Part shown: positions 56,346 through 64,000 of the stretch, in pieces | Layout of the letters: every line of letters begins with the position of its first letter | Position numbering within the stretch: the first letter of the stretch is position 1 | Assembly (NCBI GenBank): GCA_017626405.1 | Contig: JAGAIS010000001.1 | Location: forward strand, 230,885-294,884 | Source of the DNA: Bacilli bacterium | Lineage (GTDB): Bacteria > Bacillota_I > Bacilli_A > RF39 > UBA660 | DNA: 64,000 nucleotides | Direction: 5' to 3' | Notes under the pieces: model-generated | The model's input: the letters and a program-made list of their open reading frames with translations, nothing else | Database searches by the model: none | What the model was told of the DNA's origin: nothing | Made by a program: the position numbers and the translations under genes

Positions 56346-57810
56346 TTCAAGATTAGCCGCATATAGAAAATTAATACAACAAATAAAAACAGTAGTTAAA
56401 GAGAAGAATTTAGGTAATAGTGATAATGTCTTAATAAGAAAACTATTAACAGTTCTACAATTTGATTGTGAATTTAAACTATTGAGTGAATGTTATTCTA
56501 ATAGTAAAGAATTCAATGAAGTTATTCCTAATATGAAGACTATATATGAGAATTATATGAGAGAACTAGAACAGTTGGATAAAAAGAAAGAAAATAATGA
56601 GTTTTCTTATATGGATAATTTCCGTTATCAGAGATTATCTAAAGCTACTAAAAGATTAGATAGTATTATACAAATGGTAAATAATAGAGAGTTTAATCAT
56701 TATATTGAAGCTATTGTTGCCTCCTTAAAGGAAAGCGATGAAATAATTGAAGTATGTGGAACAATACTAAAAGATGGAATAGAAGATTTCAGTAGGTTAT
56801 TTAATCGTGAGATTGTTAGTTCTGATAAAGAAGGACATAAGATAATAGATGATGATTATATTGATACTATTTATACTTTATTAAGTCATTCAGAGACAAT
56901 AAAATTGGCTGAGAATTATTTGCGTACATATAGATCGCATCGCTTAGATGAATTAAATAAGAAAAAAGATACAAATGTTAAATATGTTAATTATTTAAAA
57001 ATAATTCAAGAAAACATAAGTGTATTTAGAGAATATATGGGACTTATTCACTATACTGGCAAGAATAGTCAACAAGAGTTAGATGCTTGGAAAGCTAAGA
57101 TAGCTAGTTTAGAATTAGAAACACAAGGTACTTTTAATTTATTGAGAAGAAATAGTATTTCAGAAGAGATAAGTAGTTTAAATGAGAAAATTTCTGAATC
57201 TACAAGAAAAAGAACGAGAGCAATAGAAATAGAAGAAGAAATTAGAAAACTAGGTTGTGGAGATTTAATAGATGCCCTTGATACAACTTTAAGAGATTCT
57301 GAGAATACTCCTGAAGCAAAAATTGCTTCAATGTTGAGAACTTTAGCAAAGAATTCATTTAATATGAGTACTTTAATAAAAGATGTAAACAATTCAATAG
57401 AAGAGGTAGATGAAAAAATAAAGGCACGCCAAAAAGCTCTAGAAAGTAGATTAGATGGTATCCATAATCCTGTATTGAAAAATGCTCTAAGAAATAATCC
57501 GGAAGATGTTCAAGTATTATTGAAAATGAGGAACCCTGATTATGGAGCAACTGAAGACCAAAAGAATATTGGAGTATCGCCTTATCTTGCAGCATTATGT
57601 TTAAAAACTATTAAAGATGCTAAGCATTTAACTGGCGAAGAAATTGAACAAGCAAGTGAAGCTTATGACAAAGCTGGTGTATTTGCAAAAATTGAAGCAG
57701 ATAATGCACTAGTTGCAAATTGTCTTTCTTCAATCAATGATTTGGTATATGAGGTAGTTAATCGAGTTCCTTACGATCCAAATGATTATGGAAAGATATC
57801 ATTATCATAA
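56335..57810 (+). CDS. hypothetical coiled-coil protein
   Basis: 491 aa from ATG 56335 (GAGGA 8 nt upstream). The track ORF starts at 56320. Predominantly helical, no catalytic motif. Confidence 0.6.
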   Translation: MDSDSRLAAYRKLIQQIKTVVKEKNLGNSDNVLIRKLLTVLQFDCEFKLLSECYSNSKEFNEVIPNMKTIYENYMRELEQLDKKKENNEFSYMDNFRYQRLSKATKRLDSIIQMVNNREFNHYIEAIVASLKESDEIIEVCGTILKDGIEDFSRLFNREIVSSDKEGHKIIDDDYIDTIYTLLSHSETIKLAENYLRTYRSHRLDELNKKKDTNVKYVNYLKIIQENISVFREYMGLIHYTGKNSQQELDAWKAKIASLELETQGTFNLLRRNSISEEISSLNEKISESTRKRTRAIEIEEEIRKLGCGDLIDALDTTLRDSENTPEAKIASMLRTLAKNSFNMSTLIKDVNNSIEEVDEKIKARQKALESRLDGIHNPVLKNALRNNPEDVQVLLKMRNPDYGATEDQKNIGVSPYLAALCLKTIKDAKHLTGEEIEQASEAYDKAGVFAKIEADNALVANCLSSINDLVYEVVNRVPYDPNDYGKISLS

Positions 57811-57835
57811 AAAGATATTTTAATATCTTTTTTTC
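57809..57835 (+). terminator. rho-independent terminator
   Basis: AAAGATATT/AATATCTTT stem plus a T-run. Confidence 0.7.
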
Positions 57836-57855
57836 TTACTTAATTTGTTAAAAAA

Positions 57856-57864
57856 TGTTATAAT
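57856..57864 (+). promoter_or_regulatory. extended -10 promoter element TGTTATAAT
   Basis: TGnTATAAT upstream of the alpha-CTD-like gene. Confidence 0.45.
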
Positions 57865-57911
57865 ATAGATGTATTTGTAATATTTTACATATGAGTGGAG
57901 AGGGTGTAATA

Positions 57912-58136
57912 ATGGCGAAAAAAAATGTACATGCAGAAAAAGATATTAGTGTTTTAGAGTTAGACCCTAAACTTAATAAAATATTAAAGGAAAACAACAT
58001 TAATACGGTTGGAGATTTATGGGTTTTAAACAAAAAGAAACTAAAGGAAATAGGAATTGTCGATTTAGATATTAAACTTATTTCAATAAAACTTCAATTA
58101 TTAGGGTTAGACTTAAACAAAAAAATATATAATTAA
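57912..58136 (+). CDS. stand-alone RNA polymerase alpha-subunit C-terminal-domain-like (HhH) mini-protein
   Basis: ISVLELDPKLNKILKENNINTVGDLWVLNKKKLKEIGIVDLDIKLISIKLQLLGLDL follows the alpha-CTD pattern (LELS.R..N.L...I.TVGDL......L..I.N.G.KS..EI...L...GL.L). Start at the ATG after GGAGAGGGTG. Confidence 0.6.
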   Translation: MAKKNVHAEKDISVLELDPKLNKILKENNINTVGDLWVLNKKKLKEIGIVDLDIKLISIKLQLLGLDLNKKIYN

Positions 58137-58222
58137 AGACAAGTAAGTGTCTTTTTTTATTGTTTTTCTTTTTATCTTGATTTATTATGCTATAATTATA
58201 TTAGTATATAGGAGGTATGCGT

Positions 58223-60358
58223 ATGCGTATTAATGAAATGAGAAAGAGTTTAGTATTATCTTCATCTAAAGATTTTATTGAAGAGATATGTGAATATTTT
58301 TTTAATGGTAGTTTTTCTAATAAAGGTATAAGAGAAATTAGAGATTTATTTGCTTATTCTCACAATAATATGAGTAAGAGAAATGAAGAGGACTTTAAAT
58401 ATTTTTATGATAAAGTAGCATATGTTGATTATTGTAAGTTCAATAATTTACCTTTTAATGCATTAGCAGCTAAAAAATATTTAGCAGCAGCTTTTAATCC
58501 TAATACGCGTGAATTTTCTTATAGTTCAGATAAGTTTTATAAAAAGAATAGTAAAGATTTAAATATTATTCTTGTATTAAATGTTAAAGGTAAAGATATA
58601 TATAAGGTATTAACAGCTATTTATAATTGTCTTAAAGAGAATGAAATTGATAATTGTATTACAATACCTTCATATAATCGTTTTGAAGAGGGATTAACTG
58701 ATAGTATACGCATTAATATTAATATTGAAGATATGGAAAGAGTTGTTAATTTAATAGGTGATTTACCTCTTCCAATTATTAATTTAATTGATAAACCAAA
58801 TATGTTATATCCAAGAGTTAATGATTATATTGGATATGATGCTTTGGTAGAATTTGGAAATCAAGAAATTGAAAGAGTTTCAGCTATTGTATGTCAAGCA
58901 ATTTCTTATGCCCTTTACTATACAATTTTGGATTTTCTTGAAAATAGCCCAAAAGAAACGATTGAAAATGGGGTAGATGCTGAATCAATTTTACGATATA
59001 GAGAGAGATGTTTAAATGAAGATCAATCTTTAATAGAATGCGATTTGAGAATTCTTCAACGCATGATTGCTATAGATCCAGCGAACAAAAATATATTTGT
59101 TAAAAATTTGACTGATGCTCTTTTGAAAGTGACAAATACGAAATCGGCATATATTGATAAAGATACAAATGATTTATTTGATGAGTTTTATGGAAAACTA
59201 GATGATGAAACTATTCTATTCAATGGAGAATTAGAGATTTCAGTTTCTTCTCCAACTATTGAAATTGAAGATGATTTAGCTGCAACTCAAGAGCAGTCTT
59301 CAACTCAAAACAGTGAGCTATCAGTTCAAGAAGAATCACAAACATCTCTAATGGTTAAAGAGGATTCACAAACTGATTTAATGGTTAAAGAAGATGAAGT
59401 TAAAGACTTGATGGTTAAGGAAGAACAATCAAAAGATTTGATGGTTATAGATGATGAACCAAAAGATTTACTTGTGTCTGAAGAAAAAGTGGAAGAAACT
59501 TTAAGTCAAGAGAATCATCAAAATATACAGGATTCATTTGCTAATAGAGAAGCTTCAGGTGAAGCATATTTAGATTCTCTACTTGCAAGTGCTATGGGAA
59601 AAAATGAACAAGAGACTACTGAAGAAACAGCTGAAAGCACTAGAATAGAAGTTGAACAACTAGCTCAAGAAGACGTTCATTTCTATGAAAATGCTTCTAA
59701 TGTAGGTAGTAACTTTGTTGTATCATCAACTCCTGCAGAAACAGAACCCGTAAAAGAAGTAGTTGGAACAAGTGATGCAAGTTCTGAAAACCGTGAATTA
59801 GTTAGACCTGAAGATATTACAGAAGAAGATAAAAAGTTAATAACTGATACTTTTTCTGAGTTACCTGAAGACGATTCACAATTTTCAGATTATTTAGAAC
59901 AAGTATTGAGTAAATTCCCTAATGAGAGTGAAACAAATGATAACTCTTCTTCCCAATCAGAAGAGGAATTGAATCCTCAAGAGATTCAAAGTTTATCATC
60001 AAATCCATTAGATCAACAAATGACTTATGAAAGAGCATTAAAATATAAAGATTTAGTAAGTTCAATTTCTATACTAAATACTAATGTTAAAGGAACAGAT
60101 TTTACTTTACTAGATTATTTTGATCAACAACAATTATTAGACAGAATTAAGCCTAATGCCAAATATATGACTTTTAATGATGAAGTATATTCAGGTTTAG
60201 AATTAGTGGAAAACTGTGTAATTAAATATGTTGCTAATTATGGTAATGTACCATTAGATAAGATTATGGAAGAGTATGGTATTCAGGAATTAGCGCAAGA
60301 AGAAAAAAAAGAGAGACCAAAAGGTTTAAGAGGATTATTTAGAAGAAAAAGATCGTAA
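58223..60358 (+). CDS. hypothetical protein: N-terminal globular domain, acidic disordered centre with 10-aa repeats, C-terminal domain and basic tail
   Basis: Long ORF. The second ATG has better SD spacing (GGAGG 7 nt upstream). SLMVKEDSQT/DLMVKEDEVK/DLMVKEEQSK/DLMVIDDEPK/DLLVSEEKVE repeats. Ends KKERPKGLRGLFRRKRS. Confidence 0.65.
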   Translation: MRINEMRKSLVLSSSKDFIEEICEYFFNGSFSNKGIREIRDLFAYSHNNMSKRNEEDFKYFYDKVAYVDYCKFNNLPFNALAAKKYLAAAFNPNTREFSYSSDKFYKKNSKDLNIILVLNVKGKDIYKVLTAIYNCLKENEIDNCITIPSYNRFEEGLTDSIRININIEDMERVVNLIGDLPLPIINLIDKPNMLYPRVNDYIGYDALVEFGNQEIERVSAIVCQAISYALYYTILDFLENSPKETIENGVDAESILRYRERCLNEDQSLIECDLRILQRMIAIDPANKNIFVKNLTDALLKVTNTKSAYIDKDTNDLFDEFYGKLDDETILFNGELEISVSSPTIEIEDDLAATQEQSSTQNSELSVQEESQTSLMVKEDSQTDLMVKEDEVKDLMVKEEQSKDLMVIDDEPKDLLVSEEKVEETLSQENHQNIQDSFANREASGEAYLDSLLASAMGKNEQETTEETAESTRIEVEQLAQEDVHFYENASNVGSNFVVSSTPAETEPVKEVVGTSDASSENRELVRPEDITEEDKKLITDTFSELPEDDSQFSDYLEQVLSKFPNESETNDNSSSQSEEELNPQEIQSLSSNPLDQQMTYERALKYKDLVSSISILNTNVKGTDFTLLDYFDQQQLLDRIKPNAKYMTFNDEVYSGLELVENCVIKYVANYGNVPLDKIMEEYGIQELAQEEKKERPKGLRGLFRRKRS
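59345..59494 (+). repeat. five tandem 30-bp (10-codon) in-frame repeats
   Basis: Units begin at 59345, 59375, 59405, 59435 and 59465. Consensus GAT TTR ATG GTT AAR GAA GAN .... Confidence 0.85.
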
Positions 60359-60369
60359 GATCTTTTTTT
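60347..60369 (+). terminator. rho-independent terminator
   Basis: AAAAGATC-GTAA-GATCTTTT plus a T-run, overlapping the stop codon. Confidence 0.65.
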
Positions 60370-60422
60370 ATTATTGAATTATAATTATTTTTTTGATATA
60401 TTAATTCACTAAGAGGTGTTTT

Positions 60423-60899
60423 ATGACAAATTTTAATACGAGAGATGTATATCATATTATGAATGTAGCTTTGTTAGAGAAGAATTATCATATGTTAAGT
60501 ATTGAGGAGAAGAGAAAGGCAGTAACAGAGTGTTTTAATAATTATTTTGCTTATAAAATATCTTGTTTGCGTGGTAACTTACTTAAAAGTGAAGAATGCA
60601 TTACACCAATTGATTATCTCAAATTACTTGAATCATCTATAGAAGAAGATCATTTAGATACTCTTTCTCATCCTGTTCACTTTTTAATGGGACTTATTTC
60701 TGAATTACAATCTTTTGAGATTGTATGGGAAATAGATGATAGTTTAGATAAACCAGTAATTACTTGTGATACGATATTGAGAGATTTTGCAACAAGTAGA
60801 GATGTAAGTATAGTTAGTGCTTTCGGAGTTCTATACGAATACTTTATGACTAGTCCTAACTTAGTTCCTTCTAGTGACATTCGTTTATTAAAACAATAA
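60423..60899 (+). CDS. hypothetical protein
   Basis: 158-aa ORF with RBS AGAGGTG. Confidence 0.5.
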   Translation: MTNFNTRDVYHIMNVALLEKNYHMLSIEEKRKAVTECFNNYFAYKISCLRGNLLKSEECITPIDYLKLLESSIEEDHLDTLSHPVHFLMGLISELQSFEIVWEIDDSLDKPVITCDTILRDFATSRDVSIVSAFGVLYEYFMTSPNLVPSSDIRLLKQ

Positions 60900-60932
60900 A
60901 AAAATATTAAGAGTAAATCTTAATATTTTTAT
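60898..60932. terminator. bidirectional terminator
   Basis: AAAATATTAAGA-(5 nt)-TCTTAATATTTT between convergent genes. Confidence 0.75.
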
Positions 60933-61375
60933 TTGACATGATATCCATTCTCGTTTAAACCGAGATTTTTTAGTGCCCTTAATTTGTTTTCAACTGAATA
61001 TGTCGTTATTTCAGGTATTATTTGTTTGATTTTTTCACTGTTGGCAAAATTAATTATCATTTCGACAACGAAGTCTGATGCTTGAAGAAAGTCTTCATCT
61101 TTTTCATTAACCGTTTTAAGTTTTGTAAGAAAACCATTTATAAGATTTGACCAATAGTAAGTATCTCCATCTACATATACGATTCCATATACATCTTGAT
61201 TATTCAAAAGAAAATAAATTGAATTATTTACATCGTAATCATCATCTTTTTTAGCTAATATATCAATATTTTCTTCGATAAATTTTAATGCACTGTATTC
61301 ATCTATTCCCGATTTTATTAAGTTTTCTAATAATCTTTTAAATTGTCTATATTTATTTTCTTCTTGCATTTTCAT
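60929..61375 (-). CDS. hypothetical protein, translationally coupled to the HipA-like kinase gene
   Basis: AGGAGG 7 nt upstream of ATG 61375 (M9 of the track ORF, which begins at a TTG). It overlaps the kinase 3' end by 23 nt. Confidence 0.55.
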   Translation of the reverse strand: MKMQEENKYRQFKRLLENLIKSGIDEYSALKFIEENIDILAKKDDDYDVNNSIYFLLNNQDVYGIVYVDGDTYYWSNLINGFLTKLKTVNEKDEDFLQASDFVVEMIINFANSEKIKQIIPEITTYSVENKLRALKNLGLNENGYHVK

Positions 61376-62501
61376 CTTGAGTCCTCCTGTATGTTTCAAT
61401 AATGCTATTTAATATTTCTAAATGATTATCAAATAATGTCAATATATAATTGCATGTATCACTATCCATTTTCATATAGTTATCTTCCTCAGCTTGTCTA
61501 ATTAATTTTTCTATTAAATCCGATGATACTGAAGATACCATTTGAATGGCAAATTCGCAGTCTTCTTTACTTGAGATATTTAGAAAATGTTCAAATACAT
61601 CAGGTATTTTTTTCTTTATTTTTTTCATTGGGTCGATTGAATCATCAGTATTGACTACTAAAGTGGGCTCACTTGGATAGATTATTTCTCTTCGATTATC
61701 TTCAGGATCAATTCCTCTAATTAAGGCATCTTTATAATATGATAATATATTTCTTTTAAATTCCATTATATGTTCTTCTATAATTAGATAGTTTAGACCA
61801 AAAGATGTAGAATTATCGAAAAGGGGAGAAAATCTAGCTTTCTTATCTACTATGATTCCCCAATTATTTGGATGTCTATCATATTGCATTGTTATTATAT
61901 CAAATAGAAATGTTTTTACTAGACCATTTATTATTTCTTGTTTATCTTGTCTATCTATGTCTTCAAAGTTATAAATTATCGATTGAATGCAATCTAGATT
62001 ATTTAAATAATTAAATAGATATCTTTTTCTATCGTAGGCATTTAATTTTAGGAATTCCTCAGGTATATCATAGAGATAGCGAAATAATTTATTTTGAATT
62101 AGTATTTCATTCTTTTCCTTATATGGATATCTATTCATAAATTCTTGAAATATTTCACTTCCAAGAATTAGTTTTTCTTTTCCTTTAATAATAGATTTAG
62201 TAACAACTCCAAGTTGTCCATTAAAGGATGCAATTCGATATTCAGCATGAGGAATATTTAAGTATTCTGCCAAATAAGAAGAAAGAATTTCTCCCCATAC
62301 ATTTATTTTTGCTTCTCTTAAAGGTTTAAACAAATATCTTTCGCCTTCATAAGTAAACCACATTAAGGCATCAACTCCATTACCTTCAAGATCGATAAAA
62401 TCTTCTTTAAGTAATTCTTTCATATTCCCATTGAAATCATAATTGTATGCATCTTTTAATATGGTTTCAATACTCAGTAATTCTCTATATTTTTTAAACA
62501 T
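61353..62501 (-). CDS. HipA_C / CtkA-like Ser/Thr protein kinase domain protein
   Basis: YLFKP...E.L.S.LA..L.I N-lobe pattern. Catalytic loop DRHPNN (nt 61863-61880, verified on the minus strand) followed by WGII and SPLFDNSTSFG, as in HipA-family kinases. Confidence 0.65.
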   Translation of the reverse strand: MFKKYRELLSIETILKDAYNYDFNGNMKELLKEDFIDLEGNGVDALMWFTYEGERYLFKPLREAKINVWGEILSSYLAEYLNIPHAEYRIASFNGQLGVVTKSIIKGKEKLILGSEIFQEFMNRYPYKEKNEILIQNKLFRYLYDIPEEFLKLNAYDRKRYLFNYLNNLDCIQSIIYNFEDIDRQDKQEIINGLVKTFLFDIITMQYDRHPNNWGIIVDKKARFSPLFDNSTSFGLNYLIIEEHIMEFKRNILSYYKDALIRGIDPEDNRREIIYPSEPTLVVNTDDSIDPMKKIKKKIPDVFEHFLNISSKEDCEFAIQMVSSVSSDLIEKLIRQAEEDNYMKMDSDTCNYILTLFDNHLEILNSIIETYRRTQDENARRK

Positions 62502-62537
62502 ATCAACACCCTAATAAAATTATAATATAAATTGCCA

Positions 62538-62564
62538 ATAAAAAAAAGATACATTAGTATCTTA
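62538..62564 (-). terminator. rho-independent terminator between the 120-aa gene and the kinase gene
   Basis: Minus strand reads AAGATAC-TAAT-GTATCTT followed by T8. Confidence 0.65.
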
Positions 62565-62924
62565 AATTGCTCGTTTTAATTCTTTATTCTTACCTATATA
62601 TTTTTCATATAGTTGTTTATATTCAAATGGGCTAAAAATAGAAGAATTTTGTATAATGATAAATGATTTTATTTCTCTTTCTGTATAAGGGACTTCTTCT
62701 ACTTCGATGTTATCTCTATCAATTACAGTTTCATTATGACATTTATAACTTTGAGCATTAATTGATCTAAAGGCATTTAATCTATTAATGCAATAAGTAA
62801 AGTAAGCAACTTGGCTTTCATCCAAATCAGTTTCGAGAAAGTTTAGTATATACTGTTTTCTTGATTTTGTATTATTTTGTGTACTATGACTTATGTCTAT
62901 AACACTTCGTGGAATTAATGTCAT
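62562..62924 (-). CDS. hypothetical protein
   Basis: Start at the ATG 6 nt after GAGGGA (M7 of the track ORF). No motif recognised. Confidence 0.5.
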   Translation of the reverse strand: MTLIPRSVIDISHSTQNNTKSRKQYILNFLETDLDESQVAYFTYCINRLNAFRSINAQSYKCHNETVIDRDNIEVEEVPYTEREIKSFIIIQNSSIFSPFEYKQLYEKYIGKNKELKRAI

Positions 62925-63041
62925 ATATATTCCCTCTTTCATTCGCGATAGGTCAAATTATAACACACATTATAAATATATTCAAGAGAATGATTTATAT
63001 ACTATTGATGATTAATATGGTAAAATGATTTTGGTGGTTTT

Positions 63042-63665
63042 ATGAAGAATGAGATTAAAAATTTCAAGAGAGAAGAATTATTCAATCAATATAATAGTAA
63101 AACTAATGCATTTTCTTTTGTTACGGTAAATGTCGACATTACAAATCTATATAAATTAGGTAAATTAAAGGGTACTCAATATGGAGTTATAACTTACTAT
63201 ATAAGTAAGGTAGTAAATACGATTGATACTTTTAAGATGCGATACGAAGATGGGAAATACATTCACTATGACATTATACATCCAAACTATACAGAAAAAT
63301 TAGATGATGATTTAATTGGTTTTTTTGATCATGATTATAGTGAAGATTTAGATATGTTTTTAGATAATTATAAAAAGAGACTAAAAGCTTTTAAGATGAA
63401 GAGGGAGAGTTTTTGCAATCATGAGCAAGATGCTTTTTGGGTTTCGTGTCAGCCTTGGTATTCATTCACATCCTTAATTCCTCCATTCGACAATAGTGTA
63501 ACGATACCTCAGTTTATATGGGATAAGTTTAGGTTTAATGATAATCGCGTGTCTATGAATCTAATGATTATGGCTCATCATGGATTTGTTGATGGTTATC
63601 AAATAGGTCTATTTATAAATAGATTTCAAGAAGAGATAAATAGAATAAATGTTAATGAAGAATAA
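63042..63665 (+). CDS. cat: type-A chloramphenicol O-acetyltransferase family protein
   Basis: 207 aa. FSFVTVNVDITNLY, QPWYSFTS and the catalytic-His region MAHHGFVDGYQIGLFINRFQEEI match the CAT pattern (HHA..DG.H...F). TGGTAAAAT -10 element at 63018-63026. Confidence 0.8.
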   Translation: MKNEIKNFKREELFNQYNSKTNAFSFVTVNVDITNLYKLGKLKGTQYGVITYYISKVVNTIDTFKMRYEDGKYIHYDIIHPNYTEKLDDDLIGFFDHDYSEDLDMFLDNYKKRLKAFKMKRESFCNHEQDAFWVSCQPWYSFTSLIPPFDNSVTIPQFIWDKFRFNDNRVSMNLMIMAHHGFVDGYQIGLFINRFQEEINRINVNEE

Positions 63666-63720
63666 TATATTTGTTCTTCATTTTTTATGATATAATAATT
63701 ACTATAGGAGAATCAGTTGT

Positions 63721-64000
63721 ATGATAAGGGAGTATTATAAATTTATTAAGGAATATTTAAATCTAGCAGAAATCAAGAAATTATATTTAATAATAAATAT
63801 AGTTACGGCTTTCTTTTATAAATTATTTGAACTTTTATTGCCATTATTTGCATCGCTTATTATTAAGTATTTAACAGAAAATGACGTGCAAATGACGTAT
63901 TTGTTCTTGATTTTATTTACCGTAGATTATCTATTATATTATATATCTTTATATGCTAATTATAAGATTTATGGCTACAATATAAGCTATTGTTATGATA
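63721..64000 (+). CDS. ABC exporter (MsbA-type TMD-NBD) N-terminus, 3'-partial
   Basis: ATG 63721 opens a frame that runs to the window edge. YYKFIKEYL...KKLYLIINIVTAFFYKLFELLLPLFASLIIKYL resembles the first TM helix region of type I ABC exporters. Confidence 0.45.
   Translation, partial: MIREYYKFIKEYLNLAEIKKLYLIINIVTAFFYKLFELLLPLFASLIIKYLTENDVQMTYLFLILFTVDYLLYYISLYANYKIYGYNISYCYD

Noticed and set aside
1-64000. Search for rRNA, tRNA, CRISPR arrays, transposases, integrases and phage structural genes
   Set aside because: No cloverleaf-like GC-rich 70-90 nt islands, no regularly spaced direct repeats and no recombinase or transposase motifs were seen in any listed ORF or spacer. The only tandem repeat is the in-frame 30-bp coding repeat at 59345-59494.
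1-64000. Mollicutes-type genetic code (TGA = Trp), suggested by the extreme AT content
   Set aside because: Long ORFs are intact under the standard code. TGA terminates at least one well-supported ORF (56343-56345). Peptidoglycan, LysM, CHAP, DD-carboxypeptidase and cotJ genes indicate a walled, spore-forming Bacillota.

Overview
This is a very AT-rich, densely packed chromosomal segment of a low-GC Bacillota-type bacterium. It uses the standard genetic code: ORFs are long and uninterrupted, and TGA acts as a stop. I call about 60 protein-coding genes. Intergenic regions are short, with recurring extended -10 promoters (TGnTATAAT) and clean rho-independent terminators.

Recognisable anchors:
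- Core and metabolic genes: enolase, a P-type Ca2+/cation ATPase, a long-form U32 peptidase, a Ham1/RdgB-type NTP pyrophosphatase, a PlsC-like acyltransferase, DegV, UDP-galactopyranose mutase and an AMP-dependent ligase.
- Sporulation: cotJB and cotJC.
- Regulation, export and resistance: a hybrid histidine kinase, three ABC systems and a type-A chloramphenicol acetyltransferase-like gene.
- Cell envelope: GT2 glycosyltransferases, GtrA, a polysaccharide deacetylase, a DD-carboxypeptidase, a LysM/amidase-like protein, a CHAP hydrolase and a PrsA-like foldase.

I found no rRNA, tRNA, CRISPR array, transposase, integrase or phage structural gene.

Findings worth a second look, most interesting first:
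1. A 1,414-aa protein (710-4954) is built from about 13 diverged tandem modules that look like sigma-70 region 4, and it ends in one intact-looking region-4 HTH.
2. The block 55.6-62.9 kb holds only unrecognised genes. It includes a stand-alone RNA-polymerase alpha-CTD-like mini-protein, a strongly acidic 38-codon micro-ORF overlapping a 491-aa coiled-coil protein, a 711-aa protein with five 10-aa acidic repeats, and a HipA/CtkA-like kinase overlapping a small partner gene.
3. A monocistronic HerA-type ATPase has no recognisable partner gene.
4. A roughly 0.6 kb ORF-free, less AT-rich region lies at 13.5-14.1 kb.
5. Several enzyme folds have mutated catalytic residues (Amidase_3-LysM, a GT2, the PrsA parvulin domain).

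All functional calls come from motif recognition by eye. No database search was run.
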